A stretch of 63,318 nucleotides of DNA, counting the filler, from Octopus bimaculoides (taxonomy: Eukaryota), in assembly GCF_001194135.2 (NCBI RefSeq). It is 6 parts of 5 records of this genome, joined end to end, with 100 filler letters (N's around TTAATTAATTAA, not from the genome) between each part and the next. Parts side by side here need not be neighbours in the genome. Positions count along the whole stretch, not along the records: positions 10,373 to 31,055 come from NC_068981.1; 5 more parts are not named here. One strand, written 5' to 3'. This document shows positions 13,346 through 27,146 of this stretch, piece after piece. The translations under genes and the position numbers were made by a program. Each line of letters begins with the position of its first letter. The stretch's first letter is position 1. The notes beneath the pieces are model-generated. The model was not told the DNA's origin, searched no databases, and saw only the letters and a list, made by a program, of their open reading frames with translations.

Positions 13346-14763
13346 TCCTCTTAATTCTCAGAAATTATATAACTAATTTATTATACAGAGGTTTCATTTT
13401 TCAGTGTATCTATCTTGTCACCAGGTTTCTAAATGTCCACCTTTTCTTTTTTTTTTTTTTACGTTTGGCCAGTGTCGATACTCTGAACGAGTATTCAAAC
13501 AAGAGTGATGGTGCTACATTGTTTTGTTCAATTTCGTGAATGAAGAAAGGCTGGAATTTGTTGTTTTTAGTTGTTGATACGCCAGTAACCTAGTTTGATA
13601 ACTTATTCGAAATCAAACTTCAGCTTATACGATAAGTATCTTATTGAGGTAGACTAACTGTATAGTCCACAACCGTACTTGACAGCTTGCGTTCCGAATT
13701 ATAACTTCAAAATATTTGCTTAAACGACGTAACTACAAAAAAAAAATTGTTGCCAGGGATTTAGAATCCATTATTAGGTTTCCTATTAGTTTGTGACTTG
13801 TTAATGTCCCTGGTTATTCATTGAGACTATATAGATTATCATGTAGTAGATATTATTGGTATTTTTCTCTCCACCTCCATATTTTGTTCTGAGATGAGAC
13901 TGAATAAATCGTTATGGTAGGAAAAGTTATTATTTGCACTAGCTGAAAAATCTCATTTGGAACAAAGAGCAAATATTTTTATTGAAACAGATATTCATCT
14001 GTTTCCCTCCTATGAGAAACCGGCGATGTATAATAGAAAAATACTCATGAAATATAGAAGAAATTGTCATATATATACACAAGAAAAGAACGATAAAATC
14101 ATCATCAGTTGCATTTGTAATCATACAACCGATTTCTCTCATAAGCGGGAAAAACAGACAAACGTCATGTGTTAGACGAGAAAAATCGATGGCAGCACAA
14201 AAATATTACTTCAATTTTCGACCCAGAAACTGTGGGATATTGAATTAACTTTGGTAAGATTTAAAGAACAAACTATTGGGAACGGCAACGATAAAGCAAA
14301 TCAATCTCTGCGACACTCCAATGCCTATGACAAAAGAGATCCAGCTGTCAAAAGAATATACTATATGGGTGAGATCAGTGAGCCCTGCGGTTCAAACTTC
14401 ACTCTATTAAGACAATTTCAAATAATTATATCAGAAGAAAATCGCAACCTTGTATATTCGACCAAAAGATGATAACTCAGTTTTCTTTAGAGAGCGTAAC
14501 GTGTCTATCATGATCATGTTGGTGAACGGTAGAAAGATAAATTTCATGCAGCCCTAAGGTAATAGGCTCGTTACACTTTCTTTTCCATGATAGCTTGCCA
14601 ATTACTGCAATCTCCTTATTCGCTTGGCGTTGGAACCGTAATATTTGGCATAATCTTTGACCAGTTTCATGGAAACATCTCCGTCTCCTGATACTTTAAT
14701 TTTCCATCCGATTCTGGTTCTCTGTACGATGTGATATCTAACACTACATATATTTGTCTGTTG

Positions 14764-15800
14764 TACGAGGATCGGCTGATGAGAACTTAGGCGAAATAAC
14801 ATGCTCTCACGGATTGTAAAGAAATGGTGGTTTAATTTTCATAAAGGTACACACACGTTTTGGATCAGTGTTGCATTGCTTGCATCCCAATGGTATAGAC
14901 GTTTCCATCCTGTTGATGCACTACTATTTCCCAGCCAATGGCTCTTTTTAGTCTTGCATTTGGGAAACAAATTACAGTCAGATGCAGCCAAATCTGGAGA
15001 ATAGAGAAGGTGATCAACAAGTTCAAATCCAGTGTCACGCTTGAGCATTGTCTGATGAAAGAAGAGCGTTTCACCTTTTGTAAACGCTTTTGACACAGTA
15101 CTCTCCATCGATGGGATCTTTGAAGATAGTCAATACACACAATGTCCTGTGCATCCCCCAAAGAGTGAGGTCATCCCCTTAACTGTGAATGAAATAACCT
15201 TGGTCAGTAGGGAACAGGTGAGGAGTGGTGTTTCCACTGCATTGATTGTCTCTTTGTCTCTGGCTCACATTTATAAGCAAACCACTCACTCTGGATAAGC
15301 AAACGTCCAAGGAAAACAAAGCTGCCTCAAACAATGTCAGATTTGTCCGTCATGTTATCAGTGTGATGAGCTTTTTATCAGGTTTCAGTGGACATGGCAT
15401 CCACTGAGTAAAATCGTGATGCAAAGTTCTTTGAAATAACGAAGTTCTTTGAGCAGTATATTCTCAAGTCTCTCACGGGGTATGCTAATGGCATTGTTTG
15501 TTTGATTTGTCGCCAGTCGCCTGTCATCTAACAGGATGTGATAAACATGATCAAAATTTTCCTCGATATAGGCAGTTTAAGGACATCCAGACCTTTGGTT
15601 TTCTTCAAAGCTCTCTCTTCTGCTCCTAAACTCAGCTTCCCTCTTGCACTATCGATGAAACTGGTAACATCATACTCTAATGTTGCAACCATCGCAGCAT
15701 GAATTTTCTTGGGTTTAATCCCCTTTTCTGCAAGTACTTTATAACACCATGGTGCCAAATTTTGTCCATTTTCAAGGGAAGGAGCAACCAGTAACATTTA
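14764..15800 (-). mobile_element. Decayed mariner (DD34D) transposon
   Basis: Fragments LAEKGIKPKKIHAAMVATL (HTH region), DAQDIVCIDYLQ and LVDHLLYSPDLAASDCNLFP; TACGAGG terminus at 14764; many stops and frameshifts. Confidence 0.88.
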
Positions 15801-16535
15801 AAATTTACTTTTACCAGTGACATATCAGTTAACCTGAAGGGAAACAATGCACATATTACATATTAAGAATTAGGGATGAAATTAATGCTTGTAAGATTCA
15901 ACAACTCTAGCTTTCTATGGTAGCCTTCCCCAGCTAACTAACTTATACTACTCCAAAATCATCTGTAGTCTTCCTGGGTTGTTAATACATGCAAAGACCA
16001 TACATCCAAAAATCCACATGTTGATTAATGCAAAGATGACGAAATGAAAGTGGAAAGCTTTCCTATTTACTCTGACCGTGAGACGTATATTTTGTCACCT
16101 CAAGTAGTCAGTAGTCAGGTGTTTAAACCACTTCACCATTTCTATATAGCATGTTCAGATTTCTACGCCTACTTTCTTGTCGATGATGCGTATATATCCA
16201 CTACATCCGTTACTATGTTTTGTTATAGCACACTGGTGGCATATCTTGAACTCTCCAAGTTTAGGGAAATGATGAACATCAATTTCATATTTACTAGTTT
16301 TGCAGTGAATATGTTGGGCAATATCGAACTACCTTTATGTCATAGATTCCCCAGTTATTTTGATCTCAGAGCTGATTAATACATAACGTGCTGATATTTT
16401 GCAATAACCTGTACTATCTTCATATGCTGTTTAATTATTACGAGCAAGAAGTGAAGCAATGTCTAAACTTATGTGATATAACAGTTCCACTTTAATACGG
16501 TTTCACTTTCAATAGTTTCACTATGTATATACACG

Positions 16536-16571
<36 letters not shown>

Positions 16572-17380
16572 ACACACACACACATATATATATATATATA
16601 NNNNNNNNNNNNNNNNNNNNNNNNNNNNNNNNNNNNNNNNNNNNNNNNNNNNNNNNNNNNNNNNNNNNNNNNNNNNNNNNNNNNNNNNNNNNNNNNNNNN
16701 NNNNNNNNNNNNNNNNNNNNNNNNNNNNNNNNNNNNNNNNNNNNNNNNNNNNNNNNNNNNNNNNNNNNNNNNNNNNNNNNNNNNNNNNNNNNNNNNNNNN
16801 NNNNNNNNNNNNNNNNNNNNNNNNNNNNNNNNNNNNNNNNNNNNNNNNNNNNNNNNNNNNNNNNNNNNNNNNNNNNNNNNNNNNNNNNNNNNNNNNNNNN
16901 NNNNNNNNNNNNNNNNNNNNNNNNNNNNNNNNNNNNNNNNNNNNNNNNNNNNNNNNNNNNNNNNNNNNNNNNNNNNNNNNNNNNNNNNNNNNNNNNNNNN
17001 NNNNNNNNNNNNNNNNNNNNNNNNNNNNNNNNNNNNNNNNNNNNNNNNNNNNNNNNNNNNNNNNNNNNNNNNNNNNNNNNNNNNNNNNNNNNNNNNNNNN
17101 NNNNNNNNNNNNNNNNNNNNNNNNNNNNNNNNNNNNNNNNNNNNNNNNNNNNNNNNNNNNNNNNNNNNNNNNNNNNNNNNNNNNNNNNNNNNNNNNNNNN
17201 NNNNNNNNNNNNNNNNNNNNNNNNNNNNNNNNNNNNNNNNNNNNNNNNNNNNNNNNNNNNNNNNNNNNNNNNNNNNNNNNNNNNNNNNNNNNNNNNNNNN
17301 NNNNNNNNNNNNNNNNNNNNNNNNNNNNNNNNNNNNNNNNNNNNNNNNNNNNNNNNNNNNNNNNNNNNNNNNNNNNNNNN

Positions 17381-17434
<54 letters not shown>

Positions 17435-18019
17435 GGAGAGAGGAAAAGAAGAAGGAGGAAGATAGTTTGGAAGGGAGGGAATGACGGATGTGTGTAGGTC
17501 TTTTGGTGCAGAACTCCGAGCGTTGTGATAGTTTTCGGTATAAGAAAGAGGTTAATTGTATAAAGGAAGAGACTACCTATATATGAGAAGCGATTTCTGT
17601 CACAAGAGAAGGGATTTCCGGTATTGGTGGTGGCGGCGGGAAAAGTTTGGCGCATCGCATCACTATGCGATTAATTGTACAGTCATGCTAATATACCACT
17701 AAATGTACTACAAAATTAACGAGTATTGTATAATTTCAAAAATCAAGTGAGGAAAGGTGCTTCTCAAACCATAGGCTCATATGACTTGTCTTTAATATTT
17801 GTTTGGCATATTCGTTACTACTTAGATTCTAGTTATCATATATTCCCTTTCCTGATGGCTGACCGTCTTGCATCGCTGTTGAATAGTATACACATAAAAA
17901 TACAAAAACTAACGAAAACGCCTAGTCATAAACGTTATCGTTTATAATAAAATCGTTTTTTTTTCTTTCGTTTTTTTTTTTTTTTCACAACTTAAAAACA
18001 TTGGTCAGAAGGCCCAATG

Positions 18020-18135
18020 AAAATACCTATCGACCCCGGCATGATGAAAAGCAAAGTAGATCTCGGCAGCAGTTGAACTCAGAACGTAAAGACGGACGAA
18101 ATGCTGCAAATTATTTTGCCCGGCGTACTAAATGC
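18020..18135 (-). mobile_element. SINE family B, partial
   Basis: Reverse complement of the family B head (B-box-like gagttcaactgc, ctttgcttttcatc). Confidence 0.8.
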
Positions 18136-18599
18136 TTAGCGGTATTTCAAACATCTTTAGTATTAATATTTTATAAACTTTAATGCTGAGGGTCATATGC
18201 TGACAGTCACATTATATTTTCAACATGCATTAACACAAATGTTAGAGTTGATAGGTTACTTTAGGATTTGTGCTACTGAGCAGCAATAAAACTGTTGAAG
18301 AAAATACGTTAAACAATTTGCACTCGTTGATATTATTATACTGATTGAATTGTGTTGCATTATGTCTATAGATTGAATTATGTTTATAGATTGGAATAAT
18401 TTAGAGTGCATACTATATTTTCAACTCTAAAAGCGTTAAATACTGTATATATGGTGCAGTAATATTTTTCATTTGGACCAGTCAGCACCTATGCTTGTCA
18501 GATTACGTAATTTCACTGCAATACCTACAGTATATTCATGTCTGTAAATAAAACAAAATGTAGCAGGTAATTAAATGATACTAACATGATATTAGCTAC

Positions 18600-18780
18600 C
18601 AAGGCCAGCAATTTCACGCAAGAGGTAAGTCGATTACATCAACACTTCACTGATATTTATGTTATCGACCCCTATACCATGAAAGGCAAAGGTGGAATTT
18701 GAATTCAGAACCTATAGACGGAAGAAATAACGTTAATCATCTTACCCGGAGTGCTAACGATTCTACCAACGCGCTGCCTT
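18600..18780 (-). mobile_element. SINE family B, near full length
   Basis: Reverse complement of aaggcggcgagctggcagaatcgttagcac...aggccttg consensus seen at 56395 and 57206. Confidence 0.82.
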
Positions 18781-21639
18781 AATAACTTTTATATTACGAC
18801 ATATATTTTTACCATTCGAAACTGTTTGTTAATAAGATCTGAAGCAACTCATTCCTAAAACAATACCCCATTTCTTAACCAGTTTAGTTGTAATAAAAAG
18901 AAATAATGCTCACTAAGTTTTGACGAATATACGTAATTGAAATACGCATAATCGTGCATAGCATTATGTCGATACCAATCGGCGTATTCGTGTTTGATTA
19001 TTAAATTATTTATTATTTTAATGGCAGTTATATAGGATAGGATTGCAGAAACAGCAGATATTGTGCATGTTGCTATATCACACTTTGCTCTAGGTTGAAA
19101 CAAACAGCCAAATTAGCTATCCAGCTGTTATCCTGGTTCGATAGATTTTATATTACTTTTGCAGTAATAACTCTGATTTTTCGTGGTCAGCTCTGAATAT
19201 GAACGTAAGTTTTAAAGAGTGTATAACTCTTTATTGAGTCAACTATTTTAAAGATACGGTGTAAGTTTGCAATGAATACATCTTGCAAATAGTTGTTTCA
19301 GAGGTAATCCATCTCACCATACAACTCGGTTTGAATCTCTGCACATTTGTGTCTTTACGCGCTTACGGCAATGAAAGGAGATAAATTCTCCTATTACTTA
19401 TTTTGTTTACATACAAGTAACGTAAAAATTTAGGTCGAGTTTCTTAGTATGAGATATAATGAATTTCAAATATAATGATTAATGATAGGTGCTGAGTGCA
19501 AATCGCAGCAGCCTGCAAGATATTGTCTTCTAAGTTGAAGAGAAGACATTTGAGAAATAGAGCCTTATACAAAGAACTAACAATGCGATTTATGCACACG
19601 GAATTGATTTCGTTAAATAGTTTAATGGCTTCACAAACTTACATTAATGACTATTATTTCAAACGGAATGCTAATTATTGAGCTGATATTTCCCTTAACA
19701 CCAAATGCCATGTTTCGCGCCGATTTACAAGTAAATAAATCCGTTTGCAACTCTTATCTAAGCTCAAATCAAATTAATCCTCTAATCGAATGACTGCCTT
19801 AAGCAAAACTAGCATATTTTTACAAGTGGATTTTCATGTATATTAAGTTGCGTAGTTTATTTCCTTAGGAAACAAGTGTTATTGTATGCCAATACACTTT
19901 GTAAGAGTTATCTATGCCACGCCTTCATGCAATCAAGAATACTATGACAAAGCAAGAATTAAACAGAAAATATCACGGGGACGAAATAAATCAAAAGAAA
20001 TGTAAATGTTTCGCAACCAATATTGCACATTGTTTATTACATATAATGCATATCATTTCTACTTAAACATTATTGATTTGTCACTCTGCTTTAATCTCAA
20101 AATTAAGCATGTTGAATAGAAACGGATAAAAATGAAAACTCTGCATCGAGACGATGAATACTCTGAAATGTATGTTATAATTTTATATTATATTGAAGAA
20201 CCGAAAACACAAACACACACTTACTTATTCACGTACGTGTGCTTCTGTATATTGTATGAATTAGTGGACAACTGTGACTTGTTGAGTGGTATCAATTTGT
20301 GTGCCAGCATGTATGTGCACATGCAACTTGTTCAATAATTTGGGGCTTTTGATTGTGAAAGTATTTACCTCTATATACATAGTGCATGGAATTGGATATT
20401 TGTGTAATTTAAATCCCGTATATAAGGAATTAAATTAATATGATATGTAATCGTCTCAGTTTTTTTAGATCCTTGTTTTTTTTCTATAAAGAGTAGTAGC
20501 TCCTCAGTTGGTGAATGTGATGGGAGAAATGTATTTACTTCTACATGTTTGAGTATCGCAGAATGGACACCAAAAACTCATTTGGCGGAGACTTTGACAC
20601 CGGTCTTGTGTTTTGCGGCAGGATTTTGAAAAACATATCTATTAATTAATAGATATATCTATTTTTATTTTTTGTCAGAGTTTAATAATATGCAGCCTTG
20701 AAATAATTTTCTAATTGCACTCGATCTTGATTTCCCGAGACAAACTCGTATATATTCTTGCTAAGACCCATTTACAAACAATATATCTGAAAAAAGTTTC
20801 TACAGAAATCTCGCTTATATTTTAAATATTTTACTTGGCTTAACAAAAAGATGAATATACGAAATGGTATTTTTCAATATACAAATTTACATTTCGAAAT
20901 TGTATTTCACCGTTTATAAATTTATATATTAAATGTGATTTTATCTTGCACATAACCTGAAAAATCTTTCTCCTTCCATATAGAACTGAGATGTGCCTGC
21001 AATATATCAAAATTTCGGCGAATAAATACAGAACACATGTTACACAATTCTCACAAATACTTATTTATTTGACAGGTGAAACAATAGAATTTTCTCTAAA
21101 TTTTCATTGCATTTCCTTCGGGAGCGCTTAAATATTTTCGCTGAATATTCATGCTAAAATGTACTATGACAATATATCAAAACAATATTTCCATTTTACA
21201 CTTTTATTTTTGTAGTAAATCATTTACTTAAATTTCAGATTGAATAGGTAGTATATGATTGTATAGTTGCCGCAGAAATTCTGTACGATGAAACAATAGG
21301 AAGTAATGTACTACATATGAACACTGGCCAGTCAAGTATCAAAAGCAAAACGCAAGGAAAAATATATTGTTATTGATAACGTTGCATTGTGGTAAGCAGT
21401 TATTGAGACTCATCTAGTTAATATTAACTATAAGTTATAAATAGCTCGATTCATGAGTATTAGTATTATTGTAGAATAAATTACTTCGTTCAAATTGCAT
21501 TTGATATCACCCTTTGACTCAGGTATGGAGTACTCTTGCTAGAAATTTCCTCTTCGTCTACTTTTTCTTTTTCTTCTTTTTCTTCTTTTTTTCTTCTTCT
21601 TATTCATCTTCTTTTTCTTCTTCCTCATCTTTACACCGC

Positions 21640-21694
<55 letters not shown>
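21640..21694. repeat. (TAC)n microsatellite within a pyrimidine-rich tract
   Basis: Direct inspection. Confidence 0.95.
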
Positions 21695-22939
21695 ACTTCT
21701 TCCTTCTTCCTCACATCTTCCCCATTCTTCCTCTCATCTTCCCCATCCTTCCTCTATCACTTTTCTTTCTCCTCTCCTCTTCCTCTCTTTAACCGTATTC
21801 TAAGTTATTGTATTAGAGTCTTTTGGAAATTTTCTTTTTCGTACATGCATTTGACATTTTTAATTCCTTTCCACATCAACGTGTCGCCTGTTTCTCAATA
21901 CAGACAGCGTTCAATCCGATTGCATTACTTTATGTAACCTAACTTTGCAAAGCTGGATAACCAGAAATTACATTCTCAATCATTGTACTGATTATATTAT
22001 TCTCGTATTATTTGTGTTACTGATATTCTTATGCTAAAATATGACCTTTCTTTTCTGCTTCAAATCCACCGATTTAGAGGCATCGTTGCACTTTACTCTC
22101 ATTTTATTCCATTCTGTCGAGTATTTAGTATATTGGTCACATATTGATTTTTGTCAACATTTATATTTTAGTGTGAATGGAATTGTATTCAGACTGTGTC
22201 ACTCTTTAAAACGCTCCTACTGTTTTATCTGAATCTAAGTAGCTCTCTGCAATTCGCGTAGTTTAGGCGTTCTACATAAAGCGTGATTTGCTTTTTTTCC
22301 CCCTTTTCACGCAAAATGTTTACCTCTTGATTATGTTAACTTATATTGTAAGATAAGCTGGTGTCACATTGCAGCACTTGTATCACAATTCAGCGATCAT
22401 TTAATTGCTAATATTACTATTGAGAAATGGATAAAATTTAAACTTGTTTGATATGTTCATATCTACCTATCATCTTTTACTGGTTAACTTGTTCTGTTCT
22501 TCATGCTGTATTCATGGTAGACATATTAGCACTAAAGCCCACTTTTTACGCCAATGCGCTTGGGACGCAAGAAAGAGGAATGTTATTTTAATTCCAGTAG
22601 CTTAACCCTTCCGTTGGAACAGAGTGGACTCCGCTAGTAGCCTCAGGTCCTTTTAACTGTCGTCATAATTTCATTACCATTCTCTTTGCTCGCTATCAGT
22701 ATCCTTACTAATACTTGACCTGTAATAAAATATTGGCATCATACTCATAGTTGATTAAATTTTATTTATTTACACTTGTGTTAAATATTTCTTTTGTTTT
22801 TCATAAATGGTACGAAATTTAAAAAAAATCCAGGAATTCAATTTCTATCTAGTTTATTAGCTATTGTAGAGTTTAGACTTAAGATGTCTATAAAGTTGAT
22901 ATGTCACAGTGGCAATATTGTCCGAACCCTCGTCACCAC

Positions 22940-24790
22940 TGATATGTCCCATGATAACAACGTATTTCGCCGTCTCTTTGTGACTGGTTTGAACGGCGCA
23001 ACTTTGCCAACGGTATCTATTTTATTTGGCACACAAGCTATGAAACAAAGGGGACATTACAACGACAGACAGAACAGCAAAGTGGGAACAAAAATACATA
23101 AAACGAATGAATGAGGGATGAATATAATTAATGGGAATGTAATGGCTGCATTGAACCCCAATTTCAAGCAGTACCATTTAACTGCTTCAAAAAAGTTTTT
23201 TATAATATGTTTCCTTTGTTTTCCCCTCTTTTCTTCCCTTTTAGCCTCGTATTTATCGTCTTATTTAAAAACGCTTACTCAGGCTTTCGTGTTTAGATAT
23301 GATTTCAAATCTTTAAAATCCTCCACAGGCGGCAGGTCATTGAACTCCACCTCCACTCCCGATGGGTCTATACTGGTTCCAACAACTCTTCCAATTTTCC
23401 ATACATCTCTTGGTCTACCACTATGCCTTTTGTATTTTCTGTGCAAAGCTCTATTGGCAATTCTACTCCAATCACCGATTCAAATTTGGCAACTCTCCCC
23501 TCCACCGCCGTACTTCTTGTATATGCAACCACACACCGTTTATCCTTCCTGGCCATTCCAACTGCTTGTTTGTGCGGCAACCTGGGCTGTCCTGGTAGAT
23601 TTCTTCACTATGTCTCTTTGTTGGTGATGCTGCTGGAGGTCCCTGCCGCCACATCTCCACAATGTTCATCTCTCCCTCCTTCTCCCTCTCTTTCGGTCTC
23701 GTCGGCGGCGAGTTCACCCATACTCGCCTCCTTTTCCTGATCATCCCGCCAATATATCCTCCACCTGCCCCGTACATTTCTGAACAGCCAGAGCCACCAC
23801 TTCGGCATTCTGCTCCTGTTGGACTTCCTCACTATCTCTGTGGGGGCACCTCAATCCCATGTTCCCCCTATCCCAACCACCACGACTCTCAACCCCACGG
23901 CTTCCGGTAAAATCACAGCTTCAGCGATCTCGTTCAAATCCCCCTGTCCCACCTGAACGACCATTTAATGGCCACATCCCCATCAGTTCACCTTTCTCGT
24001 CCCCGTCATCCCCAAAATTCCTACATCCTCCTCGGTTCCACGCATCACGTATGCCACCAGCCACGCTTCCCTGCCCACTCTCACTCCAGCCATTCCCTTG
24101 CCGCAGGAAGCCGGCAGAACCACTAACTCTTGCGTCCTGAGCGTCATCGTGGAGTAATTTATCGCCTCTTGCTCCTTGGTGAACCTCACATCCACTGTGC
24201 CGTATTTCTTCTTCTTGTGTTGCATGTCGTCAGGTTTTTTATTTCCTTAAGATATTCTTCTATTGCCTCCACCGTGGCTGTTTCAATTTTCTTAGTTGTT
24301 GCAGATGTACTTGCTGTCACTTCGTCTGGTGGAGTCGGCTTTAAACTGGATCCTTCCTTTTGAATTAGTCTATTATATTCCTTCAGCATTTTTTGCTCAA
24401 TTTTAACCTCTCGCACCTCTAGCGCATCTGAAGTTACACCACTTCCCACCGCTGAAGCATAACATCCAGCCTGTGCTGTAGCTGGTTCGCAATCCATTAT
24501 TATTCTTTCCTTTCTCACTTCGACCCAAAATGGGTAAGGCGACAAACAAAAAATTACAAGCCCGCAGGCAAAAACAACACTTAACACATTTGACGATTCA
24601 AATCATGGGCTCACGCTCGTGGGAGACCCCTCGAAAAATGTACAACACGATCGGAATCAAAAAATTAACAGCAACAAAAATATCTTCGCGGACCGACTCT
24701 ACTGACTGTGTCAGTCCGCTATTTATTAGTAGAGGACCAGCCCACTTCTCGCTCGGGGGCGTCCGCCAAAACATATGCACTCCTTAAGTC
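22940..24790 (-). mobile_element. ~1.9 kb element with GC-rich 5' UTR, one disrupted gag/ORF1-like reading frame and AATAAA; no RT
   Basis: ATG at 24497 (MDCEPATAQAG...), frame continues through frameshifts (KKKKYGTVDVRFTKEQEA, LRVVVVG, GNMGLRCP as a knuckle remnant, acidic tail); AATAAA on minus near 23021-23026; GC-richer than flanks. Confidence 0.55.
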
Positions 24791-26169
24791 TGCATTATTC
24801 CATTTGTAATCAGAACAATTCAAATTTGACTCATATACAAAATGCTATGATCGCAAGGAAACGAGAGGTATTGCAATAAAGATGTATTATTTCATAATTC
24901 TTCCATTGATATTATTTTAGTTATGCTTGTCGTAGGATATTTGTCGTTGGAGTCTCTGAGGAAAATTGTTTGACTGTATAACAACTCATACGTTTTGATT
25001 TTACTTATTTTATTTGATTTTATTTATTTTATTTAATTTGGTCATACTGCCCAAATATACGTTTTCCTTGTAAATCTTACATATCTAATTTATTGTGAAA
25101 AAGTCAGAGTGAGAGAAACACGCGCAGTGTGCTTACCTCTCATGCGTTATTACGTTATCTAGCTTCCTGGTTACCAAGGAATTTTCATTTACGATTCTCT
25201 AACCTCCATTCAGTGCACCACAGATAAACAATGTCCATTTTTCTTCGCATTTAATACACTCCTGTTTAGTTTTCAAGGACACAAGATATATTGAATGTCA
25301 AGCCATGTAACTGCTTAAACATTAGATGCTTCATTTTAAATCTGTTTTAATCTTAAATTTTCTGAGAGAGTTGTTTGGACGTAGATATTTCATAATGTAT
25401 AACCGTTTATATGATTCCTTTTCCAAAGAGTTACTCAATAAGTACCTACTCTCAGCATATGACATTGTTGTCATCTACAACATAAGTACTATTTTGTATT
25501 TTACAAGTGTGCGCATGTGCGTCTGTGTGCGTTTGTGTTTGTGTGTGCGAATGCGCGTGCGAGTGCGTTACTTGATTAAGGAATTCAGACCATTTTCTTC
25601 ATTTCTTTATATAGAGAGCTATATGGGGTAATAAGCCTAAAACACTGTTCAAGAAATACAAAATACACGAAATAATTAATATAAAATGATGATTCTTTAC
25701 GTATTCTTACAGATATTTTGTCACTATTCTTAATAAACATTTGCATTATTGCGGATCGAATGACAAAGATTTGATGTATTTGAACATATATATTACCCTG
25801 CACATAACTATAAGTTTTCCTGAAAGAATATTCCATGTAAACGTTGCCTCAAATATTATATTAATTTGTAAGGACATTCGATGAGCTTTGCTCGAAATCA
25901 GTGTTTCTAAAATTGTGATTCCCTAAGAACTACTGAAGTTAAAATATGTCCAAAGAATTTATCATAGGAAAAAAAAGGATAAGCGATATTCACTGCTGCA
26001 CGCCTGCATTCACGTTTGAAATTGATTTAGATTTAATTAGCTGTTTGTCTTGCCCTTCTTACTTAAGTACGCAAAAAGTCTTGTTTGTGTGTCTGTGGTC
26101 ACTGCATCATATATTTCAACTTCATTTGCGGTCTATATCTTTGCATAATTCAAATGCTTAAAGAGAATG

Positions 26170-26420
26170 CTCAATATCAAGTATCTGCAAAGAGTCAGAA
26201 ATGGCACAATTGGGATGACAACTCGCATCAACAGGCCAGTGAGGAAATAAGATCCAAACGCTAGAACCTTATCGAACACATCCTCAGGCAAGATCAAGAA
26301 AGCGATTCCGTGATGAAACCAAATGGAAAGCCTGGGGGGGGGGGTAAGGTTTTGTAGGACACCCAAAAATCACTTGACAAAGAAATTAGACAAGGAGTGT
26401 GGGGAAGCTGGAATGAGACT
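26170..26420 (+). mobile_element. RTE LINE 3' fragment
   Basis: EEIRSKR*NLIEHILRQDQES...GHPKIT*..DKECGEAG resembles the RTE C-terminus (RWxWIGHxLR...GRPKxTW). Confidence 0.65.
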
Positions 26421-26949
26421 AGAACAGCAGTATAAAATAGAACTTATTAGAGAGGTCGAGCTGTGGTCTTATGTGCCTCTTGTCACGAAGAGAACTAACT
26501 ACCATCTTATAGTGACTATCTTCCTTTTCCTTTCATATGACTTTGCTGGCTTAAAACTTTATTCCACTTGTATTTGTAATTGCTTTGTGACTGAACGATG
26601 TGGAAGAATTATCACAAGATATTTACATAATAATATGATTTAATACTACTAACTTAGATCGTTTAATTGCATCTAATATAATGTTTTTACAATATTTGCA
26701 ATGAAATGTGTTTAATAGAATGCAGATGATTGCGGAATATACAAATTTTATGTATTGATTGTTTCAAACTGTCTGTACGATTATCGCTTTTACATTAATT
26801 GATTTTCCTGAATATTTTATTGATTTGTATAATCGAAAATATAATAGGATTACATATTACTATTTACGTATTTTTTATACTTTCTAATTAAATATCCTGT
26901 TTGGTATATTCTATCCTCTTTAGTATTATTATATTTAAGTACAAGCGTT

Positions 26950-27146
26950 GAGCTAACAGACTCGTTACCATACCGGGCATAATGTTTAGCAGTATTTCGT
27001 CTAGCTTCCGTTCTGAGTTCAAATACTACCGAGATCGATTTTGCCTTTCATTCTTTCGTGGTCGATTAAATATGTAGCAGCTGAGCAGCTGTAATCACTC
27101 GCCCCCTTCCCTTATTTTCCTGGCCTTGTGCCGAAATTTGAGACTA
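26950..27146 (+). mobile_element. SINE family B
   Basis: gttctgagttcaaatactaccgagatcgattttgcctttcattctttcgtggtcgat...ggccttgtgccgaaatttgag. Confidence 0.85.

Noticed and set aside
14251-14472. ORF with dibasic sites (YDKRDPAVKRIYYMG) suggesting a neuropeptide precursor
   Set aside because: No signal peptide, no repeated peptide motif, no convincing exon boundaries.
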